Shown: piece after piece, positions 9,307 through 16,601 of the stretch
How positions within the stretch are numbered: the first letter of the stretch is position 1
Layout: each line of letters begins with the position of its first letter
Made by a program: the position numbers and the translations under genes
Notes under the pieces: model-generated
Database searches by the model: none
What the model saw: only the letters and a program-made list of their open reading frames with translations
Told to the model about the DNA's origin: nothing
Assembly: GCF_005696695.1 (NCBI RefSeq)
Contig: NZ_CP040006.1
Span: 1,200,001-1,232,000, forward strand
Direction of reading: 5' to 3'
Source of the DNA: Schaalia odontolytica
GTDB lineage: Bacteria; Actinomycetota; Actinomycetes; Actinomycetales; Actinomycetaceae
DNA: 32,000 nt

Positions 9307-10926
9307 GTGGGGCATCAAGACATCTTCCAGCGCGCATCGTTTGCGCACGTGTGCGGCGATTCAATCATCGCCGCGATTGCCGGCCTCGCGCTGTATGCGT
9401 CGTTTCCACCCGTAGGCTGGTGGTGGCTATCGGTGCCTGCCCTCGCCCTGTTTCTGTCGCGCATTGACGAGGCCAGGGCCCCGCGCGCGTTGACGGTGAC
9501 CTTCGTGTTCGGCATGAGCTTCTGGGTTCCTCTCATCGACTGGATTCCGCTGGCCGTTGGCACGACACCCCCATGGTTCGTCCTCGCCTTCGTGCAGACT
9601 CTCTTCCTAATGGCATGGGTGCTCTTCGCGCGCTGGACTCCGCTGTGGCGGTGGGCGCGCGGTCCGCTCGTCCAGGCGTTGTTGTTTGCGCTGACCTGGA
9701 CAGGCGTCGACGCTGCTCGCTCACGCTGGCCGTGGTCGGGCTTTCCGTGGGGATCTGTCGCCTTGCCTCAGGTGGATTCACCCCTCGGTCATCTCGCACC
9801 CTACGGAGGAACGACGCTCATCACCGCAGTCGTCGTATTTCTTGCCGTTCTTGTGCGCCGCGCCTTCGCGGCTCGCGACGCCGCCGTTGTACGTGAGCAC
9901 TGGTTTTCACGCCCGGCATTGGCCGTCATCGTCGCCGCCGTATACGTCGCGCCCCTCGCAATTTCTTTGCCCAATCAGGCGGACAACGGCATGCTGCGCG
10001 TCGGCGTCGTCCAAGGCGATATCGCGTTGCCCGGAGCCGAGGCATACAGCCGTGAGGGCGAAGTGACCGATAACAACATGCGGGCGTCGCTCGAGCTTGC
10101 GAGTTCGCCGCAGGTCACCGATCACCCGATCGACATCGCGCTCTGGGGCGAGGGTTCCGTTGACCGCGATCCGCTTGCATTCCCGGCGATTGGCCAGGCC
10201 GTCGATCGAGCCGCCTCCGCGCTGGATGCACCGATCCTGATCGGCTACACGAACCTGAACGAGCGCGACCGCGTGAAGAACTGGCTGGCGGTGTGGGAGC
10301 CGGGCACAGGAATGGACGAGGCCGCACGTTACTCCAAGCACGTTCCCGTTCCTTTTGGCGAGTTCATTCCTTTCCGGAACTTCATTGCTTCGTTCGCGAC
10401 CGAAGTTGCTCAGTCCAGCAAGGACATGGAAGCGGGGGAGGAGCCTCCCCTGATGACGATCCAGGCGCGCGACGGGCGCAGCGTTCCCCTCGCCGTCGGT
10501 ATCTGTTTCGAGGCTGCGTACCCCCTCGTGATCGGCGACGGCGTTTCTCGTGGCGGTCAGGCGATCGTCGTTCCCTCGAACAACTATCATTTCCAATCCT
10601 CGGGCGAGTCCGCGCAGCAGGGCCAGCTCTTGCGCATGCGCGCAATGGAGTATTCGCGCAGTGCCGTTCAGGCTTCCACGACCGGCCACTCGTACGTGAT
10701 TCGTCCCGACGGATCGATTCTCGCGAGTACGGGTACCGAGGAGGCAGCAACGCTCGCTGCCGACATCCCGCTTCGCACCTCGCAGACGTTGACGGCTTTG
10801 GCGGGGGAGAGGATTCCAGGTGCCGTAATGGTGGCGACGCTGATCATCGCAATTCTCACCACCACAACAGTTATCGGACAAGGAATCAGGGCATCAGCGC
10901 GCGCCAGACGTGCGTCCGGCCAGTAA
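9307..10926 (+). CDS. lnt: apolipoprotein N-acyltransferase
   Basis: Multi-TM N-terminal half plus a CN-hydrolase domain with the E-K-C triad context (LWGEGS, YSKHVPVPFGEFIP, AVGICFEAAY). The GTG at 9307 follows GGAGGG and lies just after the helY stop. The ORF track start at 9088 would overlap helY by about 200 nt. Confidence 0.85.
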   Translation: MGHQDIFQRASFAHVCGDSIIAAIAGLALYASFPPVGWWWLSVPALALFLSRIDEARAPRALTVTFVFGMSFWVPLIDWIPLAVGTTPPWFVLAFVQTLFLMAWVLFARWTPLWRWARGPLVQALLFALTWTGVDAARSRWPWSGFPWGSVALPQVDSPLGHLAPYGGTTLITAVVVFLAVLVRRAFAARDAAVVREHWFSRPALAVIVAAVYVAPLAISLPNQADNGMLRVGVVQGDIALPGAEAYSREGEVTDNNMRASLELASSPQVTDHPIDIALWGEGSVDRDPLAFPAIGQAVDRAASALDAPILIGYTNLNERDRVKNWLAVWEPGTGMDEAARYSKHVPVPFGEFIPFRNFIASFATEVAQSSKDMEAGEEPPLMTIQARDGRSVPLAVGICFEAAYPLVIGDGVSRGGQAIVVPSNNYHFQSSGESAQQGQLLRMRAMEYSRSAVQASTTGHSYVIRPDGSILASTGTEEAATLAADIPLRTSQTLTALAGERIPGAVMVATLIIAILTTTTVIGQGIRASARARRASGQ

Positions 10927-10945
10927 ATTCGGCAAGATGTGAGTC

Positions 10946-11731
10946 ATGACTGAATCCGTTCCTTCCTCTCCGTCACCATCCGGCGACCACACCCTGATCG
11001 TCATCCCAACGTACAACGAGATGTCGACGCTGCCGACGATTCTGGACGACATCTGGGCACACGTGCCGGGCGCGCACGTGCTTATCGTCGACGATTCGTC
11101 GCCAGACGGGACGGGGGAGTGGGTCGACAACCGACGCGAGGGGGAGGAACGTCTCCACGTCCTTCATCGCCCCGCGAAGTCGGGGCTTGCCACCGCCTAC
11201 GTCGATGGCATGGGCTGGGGCATCGACCACGGATACCCCTTCATTCTCCAGATGGATGCGGACGGCTCGCATCGTCCCGTTGATCTGCCGAAGCTACTGA
11301 GCCGCATGGCTGGTCCGGATCGCCCGGACCTGGTCATCGGGTCGCGTTGGGTGCCCGGCGGTGCCATCAATGGTTGGTCTGCGAAGCGTGTCGCCCTGTC
11401 CAAAGCCGGCAATTATTATGTCCGTTTTTGTCTGGGGACACCCGTGCGCGATGCGACGGCAGGTCTGCGCCTACACCGCGCATCTTTCCTGAGTGAACTC
11501 GAGGTTCTCGGTCGGGTAGCGACGACAGGATTCGGGTTCCAGGTCGAAATGACCGAGCTGGAGCGCTCCCTGTGCGCTGTTATCGCCGAAGTTCCGATCA
11601 CCTTCGACGAACGCATGGCCGGTGAATCGAAGCTCGACTCGTCTATTTTCGTCGAGGAGCTCGTGATGGTAACGAAAGGCGGCCTGAGCCGACTGGCCCA
11701 GGCCGCGCGACGGATCTTGCCGAAGCGTTAG
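10946..11731 (+). CDS. ppm1: polyprenol-phosphate mannosyltransferase (GT2)
   Basis: 261-aa ORF with LIVIPTYNE, VDDSSPDGT and QMDADGSH (DXD) motifs. The lnt-ppm1 adjacency (fused in M. tuberculosis Rv2051c) and the neighbouring rbpA match mycobacterial synteny. Confidence 0.85.
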   Translation: MTESVPSSPSPSGDHTLIVIPTYNEMSTLPTILDDIWAHVPGAHVLIVDDSSPDGTGEWVDNRREGEERLHVLHRPAKSGLATAYVDGMGWGIDHGYPFILQMDADGSHRPVDLPKLLSRMAGPDRPDLVIGSRWVPGGAINGWSAKRVALSKAGNYYVRFCLGTPVRDATAGLRLHRASFLSELEVLGRVATTGFGFQVEMTELERSLCAVIAEVPITFDERMAGESKLDSSIFVEELVMVTKGGLSRLAQAARRILPKR

Positions 11732-12093
11732 CCCTTGCGGTAGGAACCCTCGGGACGCAGGCGCCCCTCGCGGTACGCCGTAAGCTGCTCGGTCAGAACG
11801 ACCTCGAGCTCCTCGATCGAGCGACGCTCGAGCAGCATGTCCCAGTGGGTGCGCTGCGGCTTGACGGGCTTGTTTTCCTCATCCTCGACGGTTTCGCCGA
11901 TGAGCTCAGCCGCCTGGCCACACTTGCATTCCCACGTCGCAGGTGCGGTGGCCTCACTGGACAGCGTCACCTCGAACTCGTGGCCATTGGGGCACGCGTA
12001 ACGAACGATGAAACGGTCGGCGAAAACGACACCGTCCTCAGACTCGAGGGACTTCGCACCGATCTGCATGCCACGCAGCGCGCGGTCAGCCAT
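11728..12093 (-). CDS. rbpA: RNA polymerase-binding protein RbpA
   Basis: MADRALRGMQIGAKSLESE...YACPNGHEFEVTLSSEATAPATWECKCG...RTHWDMLLERRSIEELE is a typical RbpA core plus sigma-interaction domain. The ATG at 12093 is preceded by CAGGAGG with a 6-nt spacer. The longer ORF reaching 12174 is not needed. Confidence 0.9.
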   Translation of the reverse strand: MADRALRGMQIGAKSLESEDGVVFADRFIVRYACPNGHEFEVTLSSEATAPATWECKCGQAAELIGETVEDEENKPVKPQRTHWDMLLERRSIEELEVVLTEQLTAYREGRLRPEGSYRKG

Positions 12094-12191
12094 AACAGCC
12101 TCCTGAACAAAAGAACGAAACGGGTCCATTCTATCTGACACGTCAAGCGGAACGCTCCCACGGCCTCGTCTCAACCCCGCCCCACGATCCG

Positions 12192-12205
12192 ATAATGTAC
12201 ATTAT
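12192..12205. promoter_or_regulatory. perfect 14-bp AT-rich palindrome ATAATGTACATTAT in the rbpA / PAP2 divergent intergenic region
   Basis: Read directly from the sequence. The left arm ATAATGT is the reverse complement of the right arm ACATTAT. It contains -10-like hexamers (CATTAT) in both orientations. Confidence 0.5.
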
Positions 12206-12256
12206 GTCTGATTTTCTTTATCGACCGCTCTCCGACCACGCGGTACAGTTACACCC

Positions 12257-13000
12257 ATGACGACAGACCTAGACGTGCGCACCCGGCGCCCCCCTGCCAT
12301 CCGAGAGACCATCGTTCTCGCGCTAGCGTGCCTGTCGTATTCCATCCTGTCATTCCTCGCGAAGGCTCCAGAGTCTGTCGCGGTCGCTCACGCACACGAC
12401 GTCGCCGCCTTTGAGTCCCGCTTCGGGCTGTTTATTGAAGGTCACGCGAACGCCTGGCTCACGGCCCACCCACTGCTCGCATCTCTCGCATCCACCCAGT
12501 ACGCGGTGTCATTCTTCGCGATGACCGGCTTTGCCATGGTTGTTTTATGGCTGAAGGCCCCCGCTCACTATCGGATCGCCCGATGGACACTCGTCATCAT
12601 GACGCTGGGTGCGCTCATCACCTACTGGACCTATCCCCTGGCTCCCCCGCGCCTCGTACCTGAGCTTGGTTTCGTCGATGCCGTCGCCGAGCACACGTCC
12701 GCATATTCTCAGCTGTTTGGCACGCTTGCGAACCCCTACGGCGCCATGCCCTCGATGCACACGGGATGGTCTGTGTGGGTTGCAATCATGCTCGGCACGT
12801 ACGTCTGGCGCTCATGGTGGGCCCGGCTCATTCTCGCCGTCCACCCCGTTTTAACCATCGTGACAATCGTCGCAACAGCCAATCATTATGTGGTTGATGC
12901 CATTGCTGGATGCGCATACTTCCTGCTCGCTTGGCTCTTTGTCACCATTGTAAACAGGGCCTTACTGGGGAATGTGGGAACGCCCGGCGAGACGTCCTAG
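12257..13000 (+). CDS. PAP2-superfamily integral membrane protein (PAP2_C / phosphotransferase-like)
   Basis: 247-aa ORF with about 6 hydrophobic segments. It has the C-terminal PAP2-like motifs PSMHTGWS and ANHYVVDAIAG. Confidence 0.7.
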   Translation: MTTDLDVRTRRPPAIRETIVLALACLSYSILSFLAKAPESVAVAHAHDVAAFESRFGLFIEGHANAWLTAHPLLASLASTQYAVSFFAMTGFAMVVLWLKAPAHYRIARWTLVIMTLGALITYWTYPLAPPRLVPELGFVDAVAEHTSAYSQLFGTLANPYGAMPSMHTGWSVWVAIMLGTYVWRSWWARLILAVHPVLTIVTIVATANHYVVDAIAGCAYFLLAWLFVTIVNRALLGNVGTPGETS

Positions 13001-13033
13001 GACCTCCCCTATTTAAACGCTAGTGTGGGTGCC

Positions 13034-14548
13034 ATGAGACTCGGAGTTGATTTTGGCACCACGACCACTGCGATCGCTATCGTCGATCGGGGGAACTACC
13101 CGATCGTCTCTTTCGTCAACAATCACGACGATACGGTCGATTTCGTTCCGTCTATCATCGCTCTTGACGGCGACCGCCTAGTTTACGGTTTCGACGCCGA
13201 AGACGCTGCCCGCGAAGGTGCTCCTCACCTGCGCTCCTTTAAGCGTCTGCTGTCCGATCCGTCGGTGACTGACACGTCCACGCTGCGTCTGGGCAATCAC
13301 AGCATCTCGATCCTCGACGCGCTGACAGGTTTCCTCAGCTACGTCGCGCGCCAGCTGCGCACCAACTCCTCCATCGCGTCGCTTCCGGATTCGGAGCCGC
13401 TCGAGGCCCTCGTCGGCATCCCGGCCCACGCATGGTCGGCGCAGCGCTTCCTGACCCTTGAGGCCTTCCGCCGCGCGGGTTGGGACGTCCTCGCGATGGT
13501 TAACGAGCCTTCTGCCGCAGGCTTCGAGTACACGCACCGCCATGCGGGCACACTCAATTCCAAGCGCACCGCAATCCTCGTCTACGACCTGGGCGGCGGC
13601 ACTTTCGATGCCTCCATTGTCTCCGCCACGGGCACGCTCCACGAGGTCATGGGCTCGCGCGGCCTCAACATGGTCGGTGGCGACGACTTCGACGTCGTGC
13701 TCGCCACCCGCCTCGCCGCTGCCGCCGGGACCGACTCAGGCAAGCTCGGGGACGAGGCGTGGGAGCGTCTCATCGAAGACTCACGCGACGCGAAGGAGAC
13801 TCTCTCCCCTTCGACGAAGTTCATCACCGTGCCCGTCGATGGTAAGCCTGTGACGATTCCCGTCACCGACTTTTACGAGGCCGCCACTCCCCTGGTCGAG
13901 GCAACGATCGAGGCCATGGAGCCCCTGTTAGTACCGGACGCATCCGGAGTTGGCCAGCTCGGCGGTGACATCGCCGGCCTCTACGTCGTTGGCGGTGGTT
14001 CGCAGCTGCCACTTGTTGCCCGCGTGCTCCGTTCGCGCTTTGGCCGCCGCGTGCACCGCTCGCCGCACACGGCAGCCTCGACCGCGATCGGCCTGGCCAT
14101 CGGCGCCGACCCCGAGGCCGCGTACACGGTGCGCGAACAGCTCTCGCGTGGCGTCGGCGTCTTCCGTGAGCGCGAGGCCGGCTCATTCATCTCGTTCGAC
14201 ACGCTCCTGGAACCGAACACCGAGCTTGCTCCCGGCGAGACCCTCACGATTAAGCGCCGCTACCGCGCCGCGCACAACATCGGATACTTCCGCTTCGTCG
14301 AGTATTCCTCCTTCGACGAGGCCGGGGTGCCCCGCGGCGACCTGCAGCCCTACGGAGAGGTCATCGTTCCCTTCGATCGCTCCCTGCGCCGCTCTGACAT
14401 CGACCTGTCGGCCGTCCCCGTCATCCGCACCGAGGATGGACCTCTCATCGAAGAGTCCTACATTGTCGACGAAAACGGCATGGTCACCGTGGAAATCACG
14501 GATCTGGAGGCCGCCTACACCGTGACGCGTCCTCTCGGCCGGCGTTAG
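13034..14548 (+). CDS. non-canonical Hsp70/actin-fold ATPase (orphan DnaK-like protein)
   Basis: Hsp70 nucleotide-binding motifs are present: GVDFGTTTT, NEPSAAGFEY, VYDLGGGTFDAS and VVGGGSQLP. The C-terminal domain of about 130 aa is short and has no helical lid. The start is either ATG 13034 or GTG 13025. Confidence 0.8.
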   Translation: MRLGVDFGTTTTAIAIVDRGNYPIVSFVNNHDDTVDFVPSIIALDGDRLVYGFDAEDAAREGAPHLRSFKRLLSDPSVTDTSTLRLGNHSISILDALTGFLSYVARQLRTNSSIASLPDSEPLEALVGIPAHAWSAQRFLTLEAFRRAGWDVLAMVNEPSAAGFEYTHRHAGTLNSKRTAILVYDLGGGTFDASIVSATGTLHEVMGSRGLNMVGGDDFDVVLATRLAAAAGTDSGKLGDEAWERLIEDSRDAKETLSPSTKFITVPVDGKPVTIPVTDFYEAATPLVEATIEAMEPLLVPDASGVGQLGGDIAGLYVVGGGSQLPLVARVLRSRFGRRVHRSPHTAASTAIGLAIGADPEAAYTVREQLSRGVGVFREREAGSFISFDTLLEPNTELAPGETLTIKRRYRAAHNIGYFRFVEYSSFDEAGVPRGDLQPYGEVIVPFDRSLRRSDIDLSAVPVIRTEDGPLIEESYIVDENGMVTVEITDLEAAYTVTRPLGRR

Positions 14549-14577
14549 TCGCGCAGGCGGCGCTCGCCGCTTGATAA

Positions 14578-14612
14578 GTGTGGGGCCCAGGCATCGCGCC
14601 TGGGCCCCACAC
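14578..14612. terminator. perfect 15-bp GC-rich hairpin between convergent genes (candidate bidirectional terminator, no U tract)
   Basis: The arms are GTGTGGGGCCCAGGC and GCCTGGGCCCCACAC with loop atcgc. It lies between the Hsp70-like stop (14548) and the MerR stop (14631). Confidence 0.55.
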
Positions 14613-14630
14613 TCACGATAAAGACACGTG

Positions 14631-15182
14631 TCAGGAAGCTGAAAGCTTCGAACGACGACGCTCGGCGAGCTCGTCGACGAACGCGGGTTCGGAACGCTCA
14701 AGGGGCAGCTCCGCGAGCGAGCCCTCGACCTCGCGCCAGACGCGGCCCACGGCAATACCAAAGACGCCCTGTCCACCCTGAAGAAGATCGATGACCTCAT
14801 CGGTGGAGGTGCACTCATAGACCGACGCACCGTCGCTCATCAGCGTGATGGACGCAAGGTCATCCACTCCCCTGTTCTGCAGCGACGACACGGCAACGCG
14901 GACCTGCTGGAGAGAAACGCCGGCGTCCAGAAGCTTCTTGACGACCTTCAGGACGAGAATGTCGCGGAAGGAGTAGAGACGCTGCGAGCCGGAGCCGCGC
15001 GCGGCGCGGATCGACGGCTGCAGCAGACCGGTGCGAGCCCAGTAATCGAGCTGACGGTAGGTGATACCTGCTGCGCTGCACGCAACGGGACCACGGTAGC
15101 CCATCTCGTCCGTGTCGAGCCCCTCGAGGGGATCGCCGAACAGCATGCCTTGCCGGCTTGCGGCGTTCGCTTGTGCGCTCAC
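14631..15182 (-). CDS. MerR-family transcriptional regulator (Rv1830-like)
   Basis: 183-aa ORF with a MerR wHTH (YRGPVACSAAGITYRQLDYWARTGLLQPSIRAARGSGSQRLYSFRDILVLKVVKKLLDAGVSLQQV). The GTG start follows AAGGAG. Its position downstream of garA and an ftsR-like gene matches mycobacteria and corynebacteria. Confidence 0.85.
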   Translation of the reverse strand: MSAQANAASRQGMLFGDPLEGLDTDEMGYRGPVACSAAGITYRQLDYWARTGLLQPSIRAARGSGSQRLYSFRDILVLKVVKKLLDAGVSLQQVRVAVSSLQNRGVDDLASITLMSDGASVYECTSTDEVIDLLQGGQGVFGIAVGRVWREVEGSLAELPLERSEPAFVDELAERRRSKLSAS

Positions 15183-15223
15183 TCGGGGGCTCCTTGCAGG
15201 TAATACGTGATGAGAACAGGACT

Positions 15224-15252
15224 ACGGTAGAGCACGAGCGAGGCTCGGTCAA
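15224..15252 (-). promoter_or_regulatory. putative promoter of the downstream MerR gene (-35 TTGACC, 17-nt spacer, -10 TACCGT)
   Basis: On the minus strand, TTGACC (15252-15247) and TACCGT (15229-15224) are separated by 17 nt. The -35 element lies inside palindrome A. This is a pattern match only. Confidence 0.35.
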
Positions 15253-15291
15253 TGACCGACCCGGCGAGTCTAACCTTCATGTTGAACATGA
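15245..15291. promoter_or_regulatory. two perfect 7-1-7 palindromes: TCGGTCA-A-TGACCGA (15245-15259) and TCATGTT-G-AACATGA (15277-15291)
   Basis: Read directly from the sequence. The centres are 32 bp apart. A 1-nt centre cannot form an RNA hairpin loop, so these look like dimeric DNA-binding sites. Confidence 0.5.
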
Positions 15292-15294
15292 GAC

Positions 15295-16062
15295 TTAGTC
15301 CCCGTCCTCAGCCAGCGACGACACCGCCACCGCCAGCATATCCCGGTGCAATTCGGCGAACAGGTCGCCCAGCTCGATAGCACGGGCGCGCGCACGCTCA
15401 CGGTCCGCGCCACGGCCTCGTCCCCTCTGAGAGGAAACCGTCTGGTCGATGATATCCGCACTACGTTCCGCGCCCTGACGAACGGCACGCAGCACACGAA
15501 CATCCACCCCTGCAGATTCGAGACGGGCGATGGTAGAAACGGCTTGCACGCAGCGAGAAGGGAAATAACCGGCCAGATCCGGAGTGATCAGCCCCAGCCG
15601 CGCATAGCGCTCGAGAGTATCCATATCGACGCCCGTCAGATCCGACAGATCCGCCGCCGGAATAGCCCGTCGGCCCCCCAGCGACACCGTCTGCCCCTCT
15701 GAGGACACAACCTGTGCGACGCGACGGCGCACGGGCGCATGACCGGCATCGAGCGCATCAAGCTGCCCGCGAATCACACTCAGCGGAGTGAAAGAATCGC
15801 GCTGCTCCGTTAGCACGTAGCGCAGCCGCTCGACGTCGGCGGCCGAGTACTTGCGGTACCCGGACCCGGTGCGAGCGGGCGAGACAAGGCCTTCGCTCTC
15901 CAGGTAGCGAACCTTCGACAACGAGATCGCAGGGAACTCGTCCTTCAGTGCATCGACTACACGGCCGATCGACAGCTCCGGCGAATGGTCCGCATCATGC
16001 GGCCACGAGGTCACTTCCTGCGCGGAAGCAACCTCGTGACGACGTGCAAGAGCTGCGCACAC
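15295..16062 (-). CDS. MerR-family transcriptional regulator (FtsR / Rv1828-like)
   Basis: 255-aa ORF with a MerR wHTH (LSIGRVVDALKDEFPAISLSKVRYLESEGLVSPARTGSGYRKYSAADVERLRYVLTEQRD). It lies immediately downstream of garA; its GTG at 16062 is 1 nt from the garA stop. The exact start is uncertain. Confidence 0.8.
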   Translation of the reverse strand: MCAALARRHEVASAQEVTSWPHDADHSPELSIGRVVDALKDEFPAISLSKVRYLESEGLVSPARTGSGYRKYSAADVERLRYVLTEQRDSFTPLSVIRGQLDALDAGHAPVRRRVAQVVSSEGQTVSLGGRRAIPAADLSDLTGVDMDTLERYARLGLITPDLAGYFPSRCVQAVSTIARLESAGVDVRVLRAVRQGAERSADIIDQTVSSQRGRGRGADRERARARAIELGDLFAELHRDMLAVAVSSLAEDGD

Positions 16063-16063
16063 G

Positions 16064-16498
16064 TCAGGCCTGCTTGGTCGACGGCTGATAGGTCAGACGA
16101 TACTTGCCGATCTGCACCTCGTCACCAGCGTGCAATTCGATCGAATCGACGCGCTCACGGTTCACATACGTGCCGTTCAGTGAACCGGAATCACGCACGA
16201 TGTGGCCACCGTTAGAAGCGATGAACTGGCAGTGCTTACGCGAGACCGTCACGTCGTCCAGGAAGATGTCGGCCTTGGGCGACCGACCAGCGTTCGTCAC
16301 CTCGGGATCAAGGAGGAAGCGCGCGCCCGTGTTGGGGCCACGCTGAACAATGAGAAGTGCAGAGCCGGCGGGCAGTGCCTCGACGGCCTCACGATCGCGA
16401 GCGGACAGGGCAACGGGCGCCTCCTCGACGTCCTCCGTGACAGGCGCGAGGCCAAAGATGGAGGTTGCGGTCGGGTCAAGCGGCTGGTTGTCGGACAT
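16064..16498 (-). CDS. garA: FHA-domain regulator GarA/OdhI
   Basis: The N-terminal phospho-acceptor-like segment is PTATSIFG. The FHA core is LLIVQRGPNTGARFLL...GRSPKADIFLDDVTVSRKHCQF...VRDSGSLNGTYVNRERV. The ATG at 16498 follows GGAGCG; the TTG at 16510 is less likely. Confidence 0.85.
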   Translation of the reverse strand: MSDNQPLDPTATSIFGLAPVTEDVEEAPVALSARDREAVEALPAGSALLIVQRGPNTGARFLLDPEVTNAGRSPKADIFLDDVTVSRKHCQFIASNGGHIVRDSGSLNGTYVNRERVDSIELHAGDEVQIGKYRLTYQPSTKQA

Positions 16499-16577
16499 TG
16501 TGCGCTCCAAACGATCATTTCAGGGACTGTATTAAGTGTAAACGTTCACCATCCGACAAGCGCGGGCACGGTGACTC

Positions 16578-16597
16578 CCCCACCGATTATACGGTGG
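16578..16597 (-). other. 7-bp hairpin CCCACCG-TATAAT-CGGTGGG just after the DUF881 stop (weak terminator or processing site?)
   Basis: Read directly from the sequence. On the minus strand the loop spells TATAAT. No U tract follows. Confidence 0.3.
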
Positions 16598-16601
16598 GAC
16601 C

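Noticed and set aside
12094-12174. 27-codon upstream extension of rbpA
   Set aside because: The conserved RbpA sequence starts at MADRALRG. That ATG has a CAGGAGG Shine-Dalgarno sequence, and the extension has none.
12094-12180. PafBC-type RecA-NDp or sigma-R/H promoter upstream of rbpA (TGTCAGA...TAGAAT on the minus strand)
   Set aside because: The spacing and downstream hexamer do not fit the tgtcagtg-N8-TAnnnT pattern. No GGAAT-N18-GTT pattern is present.
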